Positions 7,253 through 16,900 of a stretch of 20,852 bases of DNA are shown here, piece by piece. Origin of the DNA: an uncultured Chthonomonadaceae bacterium (GTDB lineage Bacteria; Armatimonadota; Chthonomonadetes; Chthonomonadales; Chthonomonadaceae). Each line of letters begins with the position of its first letter. The first letter of the stretch is position 1. Location of the stretch: positions 1 through 20,852 of the forward strand of contig CAWIEK010000066.1 in NCBI GenBank assembly GCA_963835065.1. Direction: 5' to 3'. Made by a program: the position numbers and the translations under genes. The notes beneath the pieces were generated by a model, which was given only the letters and a program-made list of their open reading frames with translations, was not told where the DNA came from and ran no database searches.

Positions 7253-9487
7253 GTGGGATTCATTACCGTCGCATTGGGGATTGCCATGATTGTGGCCGGG
7301 ATTATCATGCCGGGTTCGGCGGAAACGCGCGGGCTGCTGTGCGTTGGCGGCATAATCGTGATCGGAGTTGGCTTCGTAACTACGCTGATGTCGTTTTACC
7401 GGCGCACGAGCGCGGACGTGGCGTTTGTCCGCACGGGCGCGGGCGGCAGTACGGTTGTGCTGGACGGCGGCATTCGCGTGTTCCCGTTTCTGCATAAGGT
7501 GCTGGAAATCAACCTGCGCACCATGAAATTGGGCGTCAACCCGCGCGGGCAAAACGCCTTGATTACCCGCGACAACCTGCGCGCGAACGTGCTGGCGCAA
7601 TTCTACATTCGAGTGCAGGCGGACACGGAACACATTCTTAACGCCGCCCGGTCACTGGGCGAAAACAGCGTTAACGCGGCGGAAACCGTCGAAGCCCTTG
7701 TCAGCGAAAAACTGGTATCCGCTCTGCGCGCCATTGCCTCGCAGATGGATTTGTTCGAGATACACACCAAGCGCGATGAGTTTGCTGAAAAGGTGAAGGA
7801 ACACGTCAAATCCGATCTGGAAGCGAACGGCCTGCTGCTGGAATCCGTGACTATTTCCGAGTTGGACCAAACCGACCCGGCGGAACTCAGCGACAACAAC
7901 GTGTTCGACGCGCAGGGCAAGCGTAAAATCACCGAGATCACCGCCGCTGCCGCTGTCGAGCGCAACAGCCTGGAGCGGCAGGCGGAATACGCCCGCAAAC
8001 TCAAAGACGTGGAAACGCGCCAGCAGATTTTGGGATTGGAGCGGCAGCAGGCCGAATCCGAGGCGCAGCAGGCGACGGAAATCGCCAAAGTGCGCGCCGA
8101 CCGGGACCGGGAATCGCAGGAAGCCCTGATTACGCAGCAGCGGCAGGTGGAACTCGCTAAAATCGAGAAAGAAAAACAGGTGCAGACGCAGGAAATCGGG
8201 CGTCAGCAGGCCATTGAAATCGCCCGCGCACAGCAGGAACAGGCCGTGCAGTCGGCGCAGATCGTGAAAGAGCAGCAAATTCAGATGGCAACGGTGGAGC
8301 GCGACAAAAGCGTTTCCGTGGCTGACCGGCAAAGGCAGATCGCGGTGGCGCAGCAGGAAACCGCCCGCGCCAAAGCCGAAGAGCAGGCATTGCAGGCCGG
8401 CGCGGAGCGCGAAAAAGCAAGCCAGCAGGTGACAACGGTGATCCAATTGGCCGAGTCCGAACGCGAAGCCAGCAAAAAGCTGATTGCGGCGCGGCAGGCC
8501 ATCGAGCAGGACAAACTGAAAGCGCAGACGCAGGCGGATGTGGACGCTTACACGCAGGAGAAGCAGGCGCAGGCCGAGCGCAACGCGGCCATGCAGCAGG
8601 CCGAAGCGCGCCTACAGCTTGCCGAAGCGGATGCGTCCGCCAAAGAAATGGTGGCGCGGGGCGAAAAGGCGCAGCAGATGGTAGCGGTAGAAGTGGCCCG
8701 CGAGCAGGTCAGCGTGGAGCAGGCGCAGGTGCAGGTGGAGCGGCAGCAGTTGGAAAACCGGCAGGAGTTTGCCGAAGCGGGTATCCAATTGGAAGTGCAG
8801 AAGCTGACCATACAGGCCGGGCGCGACGTGCAGATGGAGTTTGCGCGGGCGATGGCAAGCTTCCTCGCCAACGGCAACATGACCCTGTACGGCACGCCGG
8901 AAACCGCCAACCTGATGCTCGACAACATGGCAAAAGGCTTCGGCCTGCGCTCCCTGGTTGACGGCTTCGTCAACGGTTCGGGCGGCAACAACAATAACAA
9001 TAGCGGTAATGGCGGCAACGGCAATGGAACGGGCAACGGTTTCCATTCTCCTGCCAATGGCAATGGCAACGCCGCGAACGGGCATATACCGAACGGCAAC
9101 GGCAGCCTCGCGCCCCTGCGAAACAACAACGCGAGTAACTCCGGCAGCGACGCTCTTGGCAGCCTGCTGTCGCAAATCGGCGGCATCTTGCAGCCCGCGA
9201 TTTCCCGCGTGACCGGGAGCGGAACTGCCGCCGCTTCGCCCGAAACTGCCGCGCAGGTGGCGCAAAGCCTGGCCGCAAACCCGGCCTTCCTCGCCGCTCT
9301 GCACAACGCGCTGCAGGCGGAGGAAAGGGAACAGGAAACAGGGAACAGGGAACAGGCCGCAGTCTCAACACCCAACACCCAACACCCGATACCCACTCAC
9401 GCGGTTGTTGTGGAAGCGAACACCACGATGCCCACAGCAACCGCGTCCGCTCATGTCGGGGAGGCAACAACGATAATCGTGCCGTAG
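7253..9487 (+). CDS. Flotillin/SPFH-domain protein (YqiK/FloT-like)
   Basis: Two N-terminal TM helices and SPFH motifs (AFVRTGAGG..VVLDGG, LITRDNLRANV..FYIRV, DL..NGL.LESVTI..LDQT, NN.FDA.G). These are followed by a long A/E/Q coiled coil and an Asn/Gly-rich tail. Confidence 0.92.
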   Translation: MGFITVALGIAMIVAGIIMPGSAETRGLLCVGGIIVIGVGFVTTLMSFYRRTSADVAFVRTGAGGSTVVLDGGIRVFPFLHKVLEINLRTMKLGVNPRGQNALITRDNLRANVLAQFYIRVQADTEHILNAARSLGENSVNAAETVEALVSEKLVSALRAIASQMDLFEIHTKRDEFAEKVKEHVKSDLEANGLLLESVTISELDQTDPAELSDNNVFDAQGKRKITEITAAAAVERNSLERQAEYARKLKDVETRQQILGLERQQAESEAQQATEIAKVRADRDRESQEALITQQRQVELAKIEKEKQVQTQEIGRQQAIEIARAQQEQAVQSAQIVKEQQIQMATVERDKSVSVADRQRQIAVAQQETARAKAEEQALQAGAEREKASQQVTTVIQLAESEREASKKLIAARQAIEQDKLKAQTQADVDAYTQEKQAQAERNAAMQQAEARLQLAEADASAKEMVARGEKAQQMVAVEVAREQVSVEQAQVQVERQQLENRQEFAEAGIQLEVQKLTIQAGRDVQMEFARAMASFLANGNMTLYGTPETANLMLDNMAKGFGLRSLVDGFVNGSGGNNNNNSGNGGNGNGTGNGFHSPANGNGNAANGHIPNGNGSLAPLRNNNASNSGSDALGSLLSQIGGILQPAISRVTGSGTAAASPETAAQVAQSLAANPAFLAALHNALQAEEREQETGNREQAAVSTPNTQHPIPTHAVVVEANTTMPTATASAHVGEATTIIVP
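9326..9395. repeat. Intragenic heptamer arrays (GGGAACA; CAACACC)
   Basis: Encode EREQETGNREQ and TPNTQHPIP in the flotillin tail; same units and order as at 5391-5305 on the minus strand. Confidence 0.85.
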
Positions 9488-9532
9488 CCGCTTGCTCTTG
9501 CGCGTATAAAAACGGTTCGCCTCTTGTAACTT

Positions 9533-9573
9533 CGGTTGCCTGCGGAACATCAGCAATGTTCCGCAGGCAACCG
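9533..9573. terminator. 18-bp perfect hairpin after flotillin (terminator or REP-like)
   Basis: CGGTTGCCTGCGGAACAT-cagca-ATGTTCCGCAGGCAACCG, with only a weak U-tract. Confidence 0.55.
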
Positions 9574-9696
9574 GTCATTTGGAAAGACAATTTTCTCCGG
9601 TACGATTTTGTGTCTATGGAACAACTGCGCCACAAGAAGTACAGGTTATAAGTTATAATAGAGTACGAGACTACTGCCTGGAAAGGACGGTTCTGA

Positions 9697-9957
9697 ATGA
9701 CAACTGTAAACATTTCTCTGCCTGATCCCATGAAGCATTACATTGAGGAGCGCGTGAACGAAGGCCACTATAGCACGACAAGCGAGTATGTGCGCGACCT
9801 GATACGCGAAGACCAGAAAAAAAGAGCAGAGGCGCGAGAGGAAGCGCTTTTGCTGCGCGGCATGGAGTCGCCAGCCAGTGAGTGGACGAAAGAGGATGTG
9901 GATCACATCAAGAACGCCGTGCGCGAGCGATTAGCGGAAAAGCAGAAAAACGGATGA
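9697..9957 (+). CDS. parD: ParD-family ribbon-helix-helix antitoxin
   Basis: MTTVNISLPDPMKHYIEERVNEGHYSTTSEYVRDLIREDQ is the typical CC2985/ParD-type RHH signature. TATAAT lies at 9654-9659. Confidence 0.9.
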   Translation: MTTVNISLPDPMKHYIEERVNEGHYSTTSEYVRDLIREDQKKRAEAREEALLLRGMESPASEWTKEDVDHIKNAVRERLAEKQKNG

Positions 9958-10298
9958 GCAGGCAAATTATTGTTCACGAGGAAGCCCGCTTCGACGCGAT
10001 TGACGCAGCCTATTACATAGCCGAAGACAGTCTTGCGGCATCGAATCGCTTTGCAGAAGCCATTGATGTCACATACGAGCAGCTTGCCGATATGCCCGGC
10101 ATAGGTACAATACGAGAATACGGCAATCCCAAATTGAAGGGCATGCGTATGTGCCCGGTTCAGGGCTTCCCAAAGTACCTTATCTTCTATCGCGCTACGG
10201 ACACAGAATTACGGGTGTTTCGCATAATACACGGTTCTCAGGATATTGAAAGCATCTTCAAGCCAAACGAACCGGACGGAAACGGGAATGGCGTGTAA
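9954..10298 (+). CDS. parE: RelE/ParE-family toxin, 114 aa
   Basis: ATGA overlap with the antitoxin stop. Motifs YYIAEDS..A..RF, LA.MPGIG, GMRM.PV.GFPKYLIFYR and RIIHGSQDI. Confidence 0.9.
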   Translation: MSRQIIVHEEARFDAIDAAYYIAEDSLAASNRFAEAIDVTYEQLADMPGIGTIREYGNPKLKGMRMCPVQGFPKYLIFYRATDTELRVFRIIHGSQDIESIFKPNEPDGNGNGV

Positions 10299-10328
10299 GT
10301 TTCTGTGTTTGAACGTCCTTTCACCTCA

Positions 10329-10984
10329 ATGTCCTCTTTCTTAAATAATCCTGTCACCAGAATTCTAAAGTTGTTAGAGTCGGACACGCCGCGCCTGTTA
10401 ATTGCGCTGGCGGGGTTGCCGGGGGCGGGCAAAAGCACCCTTGCGGCGCAATGGACTGAAGAAGTCAATGCCCGTACTCCGCCGGGAACCATGATTGCGC
10501 TTGGCATGGATGGTTTTCATCTGACGAAAGCGCAGTTGTGGCAGATGCCTGATCCTGAAGAAGCGCTTGCGCGGCGGGGCGCTCCCTGGACGTTTGATCC
10601 TCGCGCTCTGGCGGAACGCTTGCGGCAAGTCCGCGCGGCGGCAAACCGGGAAAGCGCAGCCTGGCCGGATTTTCAGCATGACATTGGCGACCCGGTAGAG
10701 GGCAAATTGACGATTCCTCCCTCAGCGCGGTTGGTGCTGGTGGAAGGGCTGTACCTGCTTTGTCAGGACGGCGATTGGGGCGAGGTCAGCCGCAGTTTTG
10801 ACGAGCGCTGGTATTTGGATACGCCCCTTGAAGTTGCCATGCGGCGCGTGACCGAGCGCCACATCCGCGCCTGGCACTGGACGCGAGAAGCTGCCATCAA
10901 AGCCGCGTCGAGTCGAATGACCGCCTTAATGCCGAAATCGTTCTGGCTGCGCGCCCCTTCGCTGATTATATCCTGACAGGCTAA
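10329..10984 (+). CDS. P-loop kinase, YggC/uridine-pantothenate-kinase-like (frameshift near 10900)
   Basis: Motifs GLPGAGKST, MDGFHL, RRGAPWTFD, P.F.H..GDP and VLVEGLYLL. The expected C-terminus RVESNDRLNAEIVLAARPFADYILTG* continues in another frame to TAA 10984. The start codon is uncertain. Confidence 0.8.
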
Positions 10985-11053
10985 GCATTAGCCTGGAATT
11001 GCTTTTATGCTTGCCATGTGAACTCTTTCACAGTCCTCCTGTAAGAATAATGA

Positions 11054-11082
11054 TTGACATTGTTAGCAATATCGGCTAAACT
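11054..11082 (+). promoter_or_regulatory. Sigma70-type promoter of the tail-collar operon
   Basis: TTGACA (11054-11059), 17-bp spacer, TAAACT (11077-11082). Confidence 0.65.
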
Positions 11083-11225
11083 TACTAAACAAACCGGTAG
11101 ATGCCGCTCTTACCCATCCCGCAAAAGTTTGCCATCTGATAGAACTGTGGTTGCCAAGCTTCTTTGCACAGACATTGTATGCGTAAAATTTCGCGGCATT
11201 GAACCTGGTTCACAAGGAGGACAGT

Positions 11226-11741
11226 ATGGCAGAACCTTTTCTCGGGGAAGTGCGCGTATTCGCGTTCAATTTCCCGCCACGAGGATGGGCATTTTGTAAC
11301 GGGCAATTGCTTCCGATCAATCAAAACCAGGCGCTTTTCTCACTGCTCGGCACCACGTATGGCGGCGATGGAATACACACCTTCGCCCTCCCCAATTTGC
11401 AGGCGCGCACAGCCATGCACCGCAGTCAAACATTTCCGCAGGGCGGGACAGGGGGCCAGCAGCAGCATACGCTGGTGTCACAGGAGATGGCGCAGCACAC
11501 CCATGCGCTTGCCGTCAGTGGGGCGAGGGGCGATCAAACCACTCCGGCCACCCACTATCTGGCTGCTGCCGGGGGGGCGCTCGGTTCCACATACGCGCCG
11601 GCTTCCTCGCCCCTGAACGCCCCGCTGGCCCCGGCGGCGATTTTGCCCAACGGCGGCTCACAGCCTCATAACAACATGTCGCCCTTTTTAGTGGTCAATT
11701 TCTGCATCGCTTTATCGGGCATTTTCCCGTCTCGCAACTGA
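11226..11741 (+). CDS. Phage tail-collar domain protein (microcystin-dependent-protein-like), copy 1
   Basis: AAGGAGG RBS. Motifs EPFLGEVRVFAFNFPPRGWAFCNGQLLPINQNQALFSLLGTTYGGDG..TFALPNLQ, HTH, PHNNM.P and GIFPSRN. Confidence 0.9.
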   Translation: MAEPFLGEVRVFAFNFPPRGWAFCNGQLLPINQNQALFSLLGTTYGGDGIHTFALPNLQARTAMHRSQTFPQGGTGGQQQHTLVSQEMAQHTHALAVSGARGDQTTPATHYLAAAGGALGSTYAPASSPLNAPLAPAAILPNGGSQPHNNMSPFLVVNFCIALSGIFPSRN

Positions 11742-11751
11742 GGAGGACACG

Positions 11752-12264
11752 ATGGCAGATCCGTACATCGGTGAGATTCGCATGGGCGGCTGGAATTTCG
11801 CGCCCGAGGGCTGGGCGTTTTGCAACGGGCAAATCCTTGCCATTTCCGATAATGAGGCCCTGTTTGCCCTGCTCGGCACGACGTATGGCGGCGACGGACA
11901 AAACACGTTTGGCCTGCCGGACCTGCGGGGGCGTCTTCCCATCCATCAGGGCAATAGCGGTCAGGGACCCCTGACGTTCGGACAAAGCGGCGGCGCGGAA
12001 ACCGTCACGCTGACGACAAATCAAATTCCGTCGCATACGCATATCCTTGCGGGGACGAGCGCCAGTTCCAATACCGCCTCCCCTGTCGGCAATGTGTTGG
12101 GGGAGGCCGTAGGCGGGTCCATTTACAGCGGGCCGGGAAATCCGCGCGCTATGGGCAACGCCATCCAGCCGACAGGTGGCAATCAACCCCACGACAATAT
12201 GCCTCCCTATCAATGCGTGACCTTTATCATTTCTCTGTACGGTATTTTCCCGTCACAGAACTGA
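11752..12264 (+). CDS. Phage tail-collar domain protein, copy 2
   Basis: GAGGAGG RBS. Motifs DPYIGEIR..NFAPEGWAFCNGQ..LFALLGTTYGGDG..FGLPDLRGR, HTH, PHDNM and GIFPSQN. Confidence 0.9.
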   Translation: MADPYIGEIRMGGWNFAPEGWAFCNGQILAISDNEALFALLGTTYGGDGQNTFGLPDLRGRLPIHQGNSGQGPLTFGQSGGAETVTLTTNQIPSHTHILAGTSASSNTASPVGNVLGEAVGGSIYSGPGNPRAMGNAIQPTGGNQPHDNMPPYQCVTFIISLYGIFPSQN

Positions 12265-12377
12265 TTTCCGTCGGGTTGCGCCCTCTTGATTTTACGGGAT
12301 TTCAACGCATTTTATTGCCGGGGCGTTACCTGGATGCGCAGGCATCCTTCGTCCTGGCGTTCGCAGAGGAGGTTTTC

Positions 12378-12905
12378 ATGGCAGATCCATTCGTCGGCGA
12401 GATTCGCATTGTCGGCTTCAACTTTGCGCCAAACGGTTGGGCAGCCTGTGACGGGCAAACCCTTCCGATCAGTCAAAACACCGCGCTTTTCTCGCTGTTG
12501 GGCACCAGTTTTGGGGGTGATGGACGAACCACGTTCAATCTGCCCAATTTGCAGGGGTCCGCGGCGATGCACTGGCAGCAAGGCCCGGGACTGTCCAATT
12601 ATGACATCGGGCAAACCGGCGGCGAAAGCGCGATCACGCTGAATTCTTCCCAGATGCCGGCGCACACGCATGGACTGCAGGGAGACCGGGAAACTGCGTC
12701 CCTCAATTCGCCCAACGGCAATCTGACGGGGAACATACCGCCGGGGGGCGCTTTGTATGCAGGCGCGCTGCCTTCCTCTCCCCCGTCGCTTGCGCCGCAG
12801 GCCGTCACTACGGCAGGCAACAGTCAGCCGCATAACAATCTTGTGCCCTATCAGACGCTGATGTTCGTCATTGCGCTGCAAGGCGTTTTTCCGCCAAGAA
12901 GCTGA
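12378..12905 (+). CDS. Phage tail-collar domain protein, copy 3
   Basis: GAGGAGG RBS before ATG 12378. Motifs DPFVGEIR..FNFAPNGWA.CDGQ..QNTALFSLLGT, HTH, PHNNL and GVFPPRS. Confidence 0.9.
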   Translation: MADPFVGEIRIVGFNFAPNGWAACDGQTLPISQNTALFSLLGTSFGGDGRTTFNLPNLQGSAAMHWQQGPGLSNYDIGQTGGESAITLNSSQMPAHTHGLQGDRETASLNSPNGNLTGNIPPGGALYAGALPSSPPSLAPQAVTTAGNSQPHNNLVPYQTLMFVIALQGVFPPRS

Positions 12906-12927
12906 ATACCTGAACACCTGAACACCG
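12902..12927. repeat. Short heptamer array (CCTGAAC/CTGAAYA type)
   Basis: CTGAATACCTGAACACCTGAACACC, overlapping the stop codon of tail-collar copy 3. Confidence 0.7.
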
Positions 12928-12954
12928 GCATTTTAGAGTGACGGGAACCGCAAG

Positions 12955-13437
12955 ATGCAAAATGAGACGGATTGGACACTGCGGCGCGTACAGCCGAGCG
13001 ACGTGGAGTTTCTGTATCAGGTCTATGCTTCCACGCGACTGGAAGAGCTTGCGCCGCTTGCCTGGGATGCGGCGCAGCGGGAAGCCTTTTTGCGCATGCA
13101 GTTTGCCGCGCAGCAGCAGCACTATAGTACGCATTATGCGGATGCGGATTTCGACATCATCCTGAAGGCGGAGGTTTCTGTCGGCAGGTTTTATGTGTAT
13201 CGCGGCGCAACTGAAATTCGCCTGCTGGACATTGCTCTATTGCCCGAAGCGCGGGGCGCGGGCATAGGAAGCGCACTGGTACGCGCTTTGCTGGCCGAAG
13301 CGGACGCTGCCGGCAAACCCGCGCGCCTGTACGTGGAGCAGTTCAACCGCGCCGCAAACCTATACGTCCGCTTCGGCTTTGCGCCGGTTGAGGAACACGG
13401 CGTGTATACCCTGATGGAGCGGCTGCCGCTTAAGTAA
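12955..13437 (+). CDS. GNAT-family N-acetyltransferase
   Basis: DIALLPEARGAGIGSALV acetyl-CoA motif A and N.A..LY.RFGF. The N-terminal YASTR..EL..W...QREAFL.MQF.AQ..HY is typical of the tail-collar-associated GNAT subfamily. Confidence 0.9.
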   Translation: MQNETDWTLRRVQPSDVEFLYQVYASTRLEELAPLAWDAAQREAFLRMQFAAQQQHYSTHYADADFDIILKAEVSVGRFYVYRGATEIRLLDIALLPEARGAGIGSALVRALLAEADAAGKPARLYVEQFNRAANLYVRFGFAPVEEHGVYTLMERLPLK

Positions 13438-13744
13438 AGATCGCCTGGTAGCGCGTACCGGCGGCATCCCGGCTGATGGGAACCAGAAACATGGACAGCG
13501 CGCCCATCTCGGCATGTTCCAGCCGGTAAATGCTTTGTGGAAGCGCGAAGTCCGCCGGGCCGAGGAAAATCAGGGAAAACGGGAGGCGTTCGGATGGCGC
13601 GGGCAGTCCCGTCCTGTCTGCGCGCTGCCTGCCGGTTTCCGTCGCTTCCACAAGCCGCATCGTATACGTATCGCCGTTTTCAAGACGGCACAAAAACGTA
13701 GTTTCCACCTGCGGTATAAAACGATCCACTGTCAGCGTTTCCAT
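13430..13744 (-). CDS. DUF6916-like small protein, 104 aa
   Basis: Motifs R.PFSLIF.GP...LPQ.IY.LEH..MG.L.MFLVPI and Y.AIF, with GAAAGG upstream of ATG 13744. It converges on the GNAT with an 8-bp overlap. Confidence 0.75.
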   Translation of the reverse strand: METLTVDRFIPQVETTFLCRLENGDTYTMRLVEATETGRQRADRTGLPAPSERLPFSLIFLGPADFALPQSIYRLEHAEMGALSMFLVPISRDAAGTRYQAIFT

Positions 13745-13941
13745 CCCGAATTTGCCTTTCTGCCCGGCACAATAAGCCTGAGCGCTGGCGAAATTATACC
13801 TGTTTTTGCTGTAACATGCCACGTATGTTGGGATTCGATAGTATTGTAACGTTTTCTGTGTCATACTCTCGTCGGTTGTCCTCACCAACCGCCTTCCTCT
13901 TGCCTGCCGATGCAGATTCAGGCAAACCCCGGAGAATTTTC

Positions 13942-16900
13942 ATGCGCTATAAATGGACTGATCCTTTTCGACGTCCCCTGCCAGCGATCATCGCCCTGCT
14001 CGCCGCAGCCACTTCCGTTTCCTGGAGCCAAACTCCGCTCGCCGCGCAAGGCAAAGCGCGGCTGAATACCAATTATGCCGTCACCCCGCTGCAATTCGAG
14101 CAGAACATGGGACAGGTCGGCGGGGAGGCTCGCTTCCTTTCCCTGCATGGCGACTATCAGGTCGCCATTACGCCGGGGGAAGTGCTGCTCGGTCTCAACG
14201 CGCGGCAGGAAGCGGCAAAATCCGCTCATGGAACCGCAGCAGCAAAATCCCCTAAAAGCGCCTCTTTTGCGCCGGACAAGCCCATGCGGATGAAACTGCT
14301 GGGAGCCAATCCGCGCCCCGAAGTGGCGGGCGAGGCGGAACTGCCCGGCAAAATCAACTATTTCATTGGCAATGATCCCAAAAAGTGGCATGCAGGCGTA
14401 CCGACATTTGCCCGCGTCCGCTTGAAGCAGGTCTATTCCGGCGTAGATTTGGTGTACTACGGCAATCAAAAGCAGCTGGAATACGATTTCATCGTTCAGC
14501 CCGGCGCGGACGCTTCCAAAGTGCGCTTGAATTTCGAGGGCGCAAAGCACATCAAGGTGGATGACGCGGGTAACCTGCGGCTTGGCATGGGAACGGGCGA
14601 GGTACGCTGGCAGCGTCCCGTCGCTTACCAGACCATCAACGGCAAGCGAACGCCCGTTCCGGCGCATTACGACGTGAAAATTCAGCCTTCCGGCGAAGCG
14701 CGCGTCGGCTTCGCGCTGGCGAATTACGATCACGCCCGCCCGCTCGTGATTGACCCCGTTCTGGTCGTACACTACTTCAACACGCTGGTTGGAAACGGGT
14801 CGGGGGTAATCTCGTCCAACCTGGGCGCAGGCACGGTGGTGGACAGCAGCGGCAACTCCTACAGTGTCGGAAGCCTTTACTACCCCGGCTTCCCCACCCA
14901 GGGCACCAACAACACTACCCTGACCTACTACTCCGGCGGAACCACCACGCTCAACGGCTCCAACCCCAGCGGTACGCCGAACAACGTAAACTTTACTCAT
15001 GCGCAATCCTTCACGGACATTTATGTCACCAAACTGGATTCTACCGGCGCGATGCAGTATCTGACCATTATCGGCGGCAACGATTACGATAACGGCTACG
15101 GCGTTGCTATTGACGGCGCGGGCAACGCCTATATCAGCGGCTCGGCAGCCTCCAGCAATATGCCGGTTCCTAACGGCTACCAGACTGCGCGCGCCAGCGC
15201 AACCTCTACCAACCCCAATGTACCTACCAGGCCAAACGGCTATATCGCGAAATTGAATTCCTCGGGAACGGTGGTATATGGCAGCTACTTCGGCTGGCGT
15301 ACCGTTTCCGCTGTCAATAGCATTGCCGTAGACGTGGCGGGAACCAACATCTACCTCGCCGGGTACACCGGAACCGGAAATGCAGGCGAGTCAGCCGTTC
15401 GCAATCTCAACAACCAGCGCATTCCGCCCCTGACGAACGGCTACACGACGGATGACAATTACTTTGAGAATAATCCCAACTCCTACGGAGGTACCGTAGG
15501 CCTTGTGGCGCGGCTGCAGGGGAGTGGTTCCAGCTACAACACGCTCGTATACGCTACCATTTTCGAGGGGCTCGGCGACACCAACTGCAATGGAATTGCC
15601 GCCGACCCACAGAACCCCGGAACCGCGTATGTCATTGGAAATGCCGATTCAGATGTGTTTGTTTCCCACGCATCATCCGGCGATGGTCCCGGCGGCCCGC
15701 CTGCCCGCACGTATACCACGACCCTGCCCGATGGAATCGATGGTGGATCTAAGACACTGCTGCTCCGCGTGGACACCAACCAGAGCGGGAATGCTTCGCT
15801 CGTGTTCGGCACATATTTCGGCGGCAGCACCGAATACAATGGCACCCAGGGAGGAGTCAACAGTGAAGCCAGCGGCATGGCGTTCCTCAACAACGGCATT
15901 GTGTGGATAGCCGGCTCTACCAACAGCACCAACTTTCCCACGAAGAACGCGGCGCAAAGCGCGTATGCCGGAGCGCCCACAATCTCCTTGAATGCCACGC
16001 TGTTCGAGATGGATACCACCCTCAACGGCACGAACAGCCTGCTGTATTCCACCTATCTCGGCGGCAGCAATGGCAATTCAGAAGGCAAGGGGGTAGACCT
16101 GGATTCTGCCGGGAACGCCTATCTTGTGGGGGATACCGCTGCCACCAACTTCCCCACGCTCAACCCCATTACGGGCGGCGATAGGAATAAAGGCGGGACA
16201 ACCGGCCTCGACGCATTCGTTGCCAGAATTGATCCCACAAAGACCGGAAGCGCCACGCTGATCTATTCCACCTATCTCGGAACCACGCGGGATGATATCG
16301 CTTACGGCGTGGGCGTAGATGCCGGCGCTAATGTCTATGTCACCGGCACACAGAGCTATGCCGGCCCGCTCGCTCCGTCCGTGTTCTTCGCCAAACTCGG
16401 CATCAACACCCCGCCCGTCGCCAGCAATCAAACGGTGACTACGGGGCAAAGCACGGGCATCAACATCACGCTGTCCGCCACGGACGCAAACGGCGACTCA
16501 CTGACCTACATCGTCACGACAAATCCCGCGCATGGCACATTGACGGGCACGGCTCCCAATGTGACGTATCAGCCGAACGCCGGATTCTTCGGCACGGACA
16601 CCTTCCAGTTCAAGGCCAATGATGGTTACGAGGACAGCAACATCGCAACCGTCACCATCAACGTCGTCGGCAGACCAACCGCCAACAGCCAGAGCGTGTC
16701 CACGAATGAGAACACGGCTGTCGGCATCACCTTAACGGGTTCCGACCCCAACAACCCGGCGCGGAGCCTGACCTACACTGTCACGACCAACCCCGCGCAC
16801 GGCACGTTGAGCGGCACGGCCCCGAACTTGACGTATACGCCCACAAACGGTTACTTCGGCGCGGACAGCTTTCAGTTTACCGTCAATAACGGCGTTTCTA

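Noticed and set aside
11088..11215. c-di-GMP-I riboswitch in the collar operon leader
   Set aside because: Only fragments match (CGCAAA, GGTTGCC). I cannot build the P1 GNRA stem; a covariance-model search would be needed.
11226..12905. Prophage, tailocin or eCIS
   Set aside because: Only collar-domain genes are present; there are no structural, lysis, integrase or replication genes in the window.
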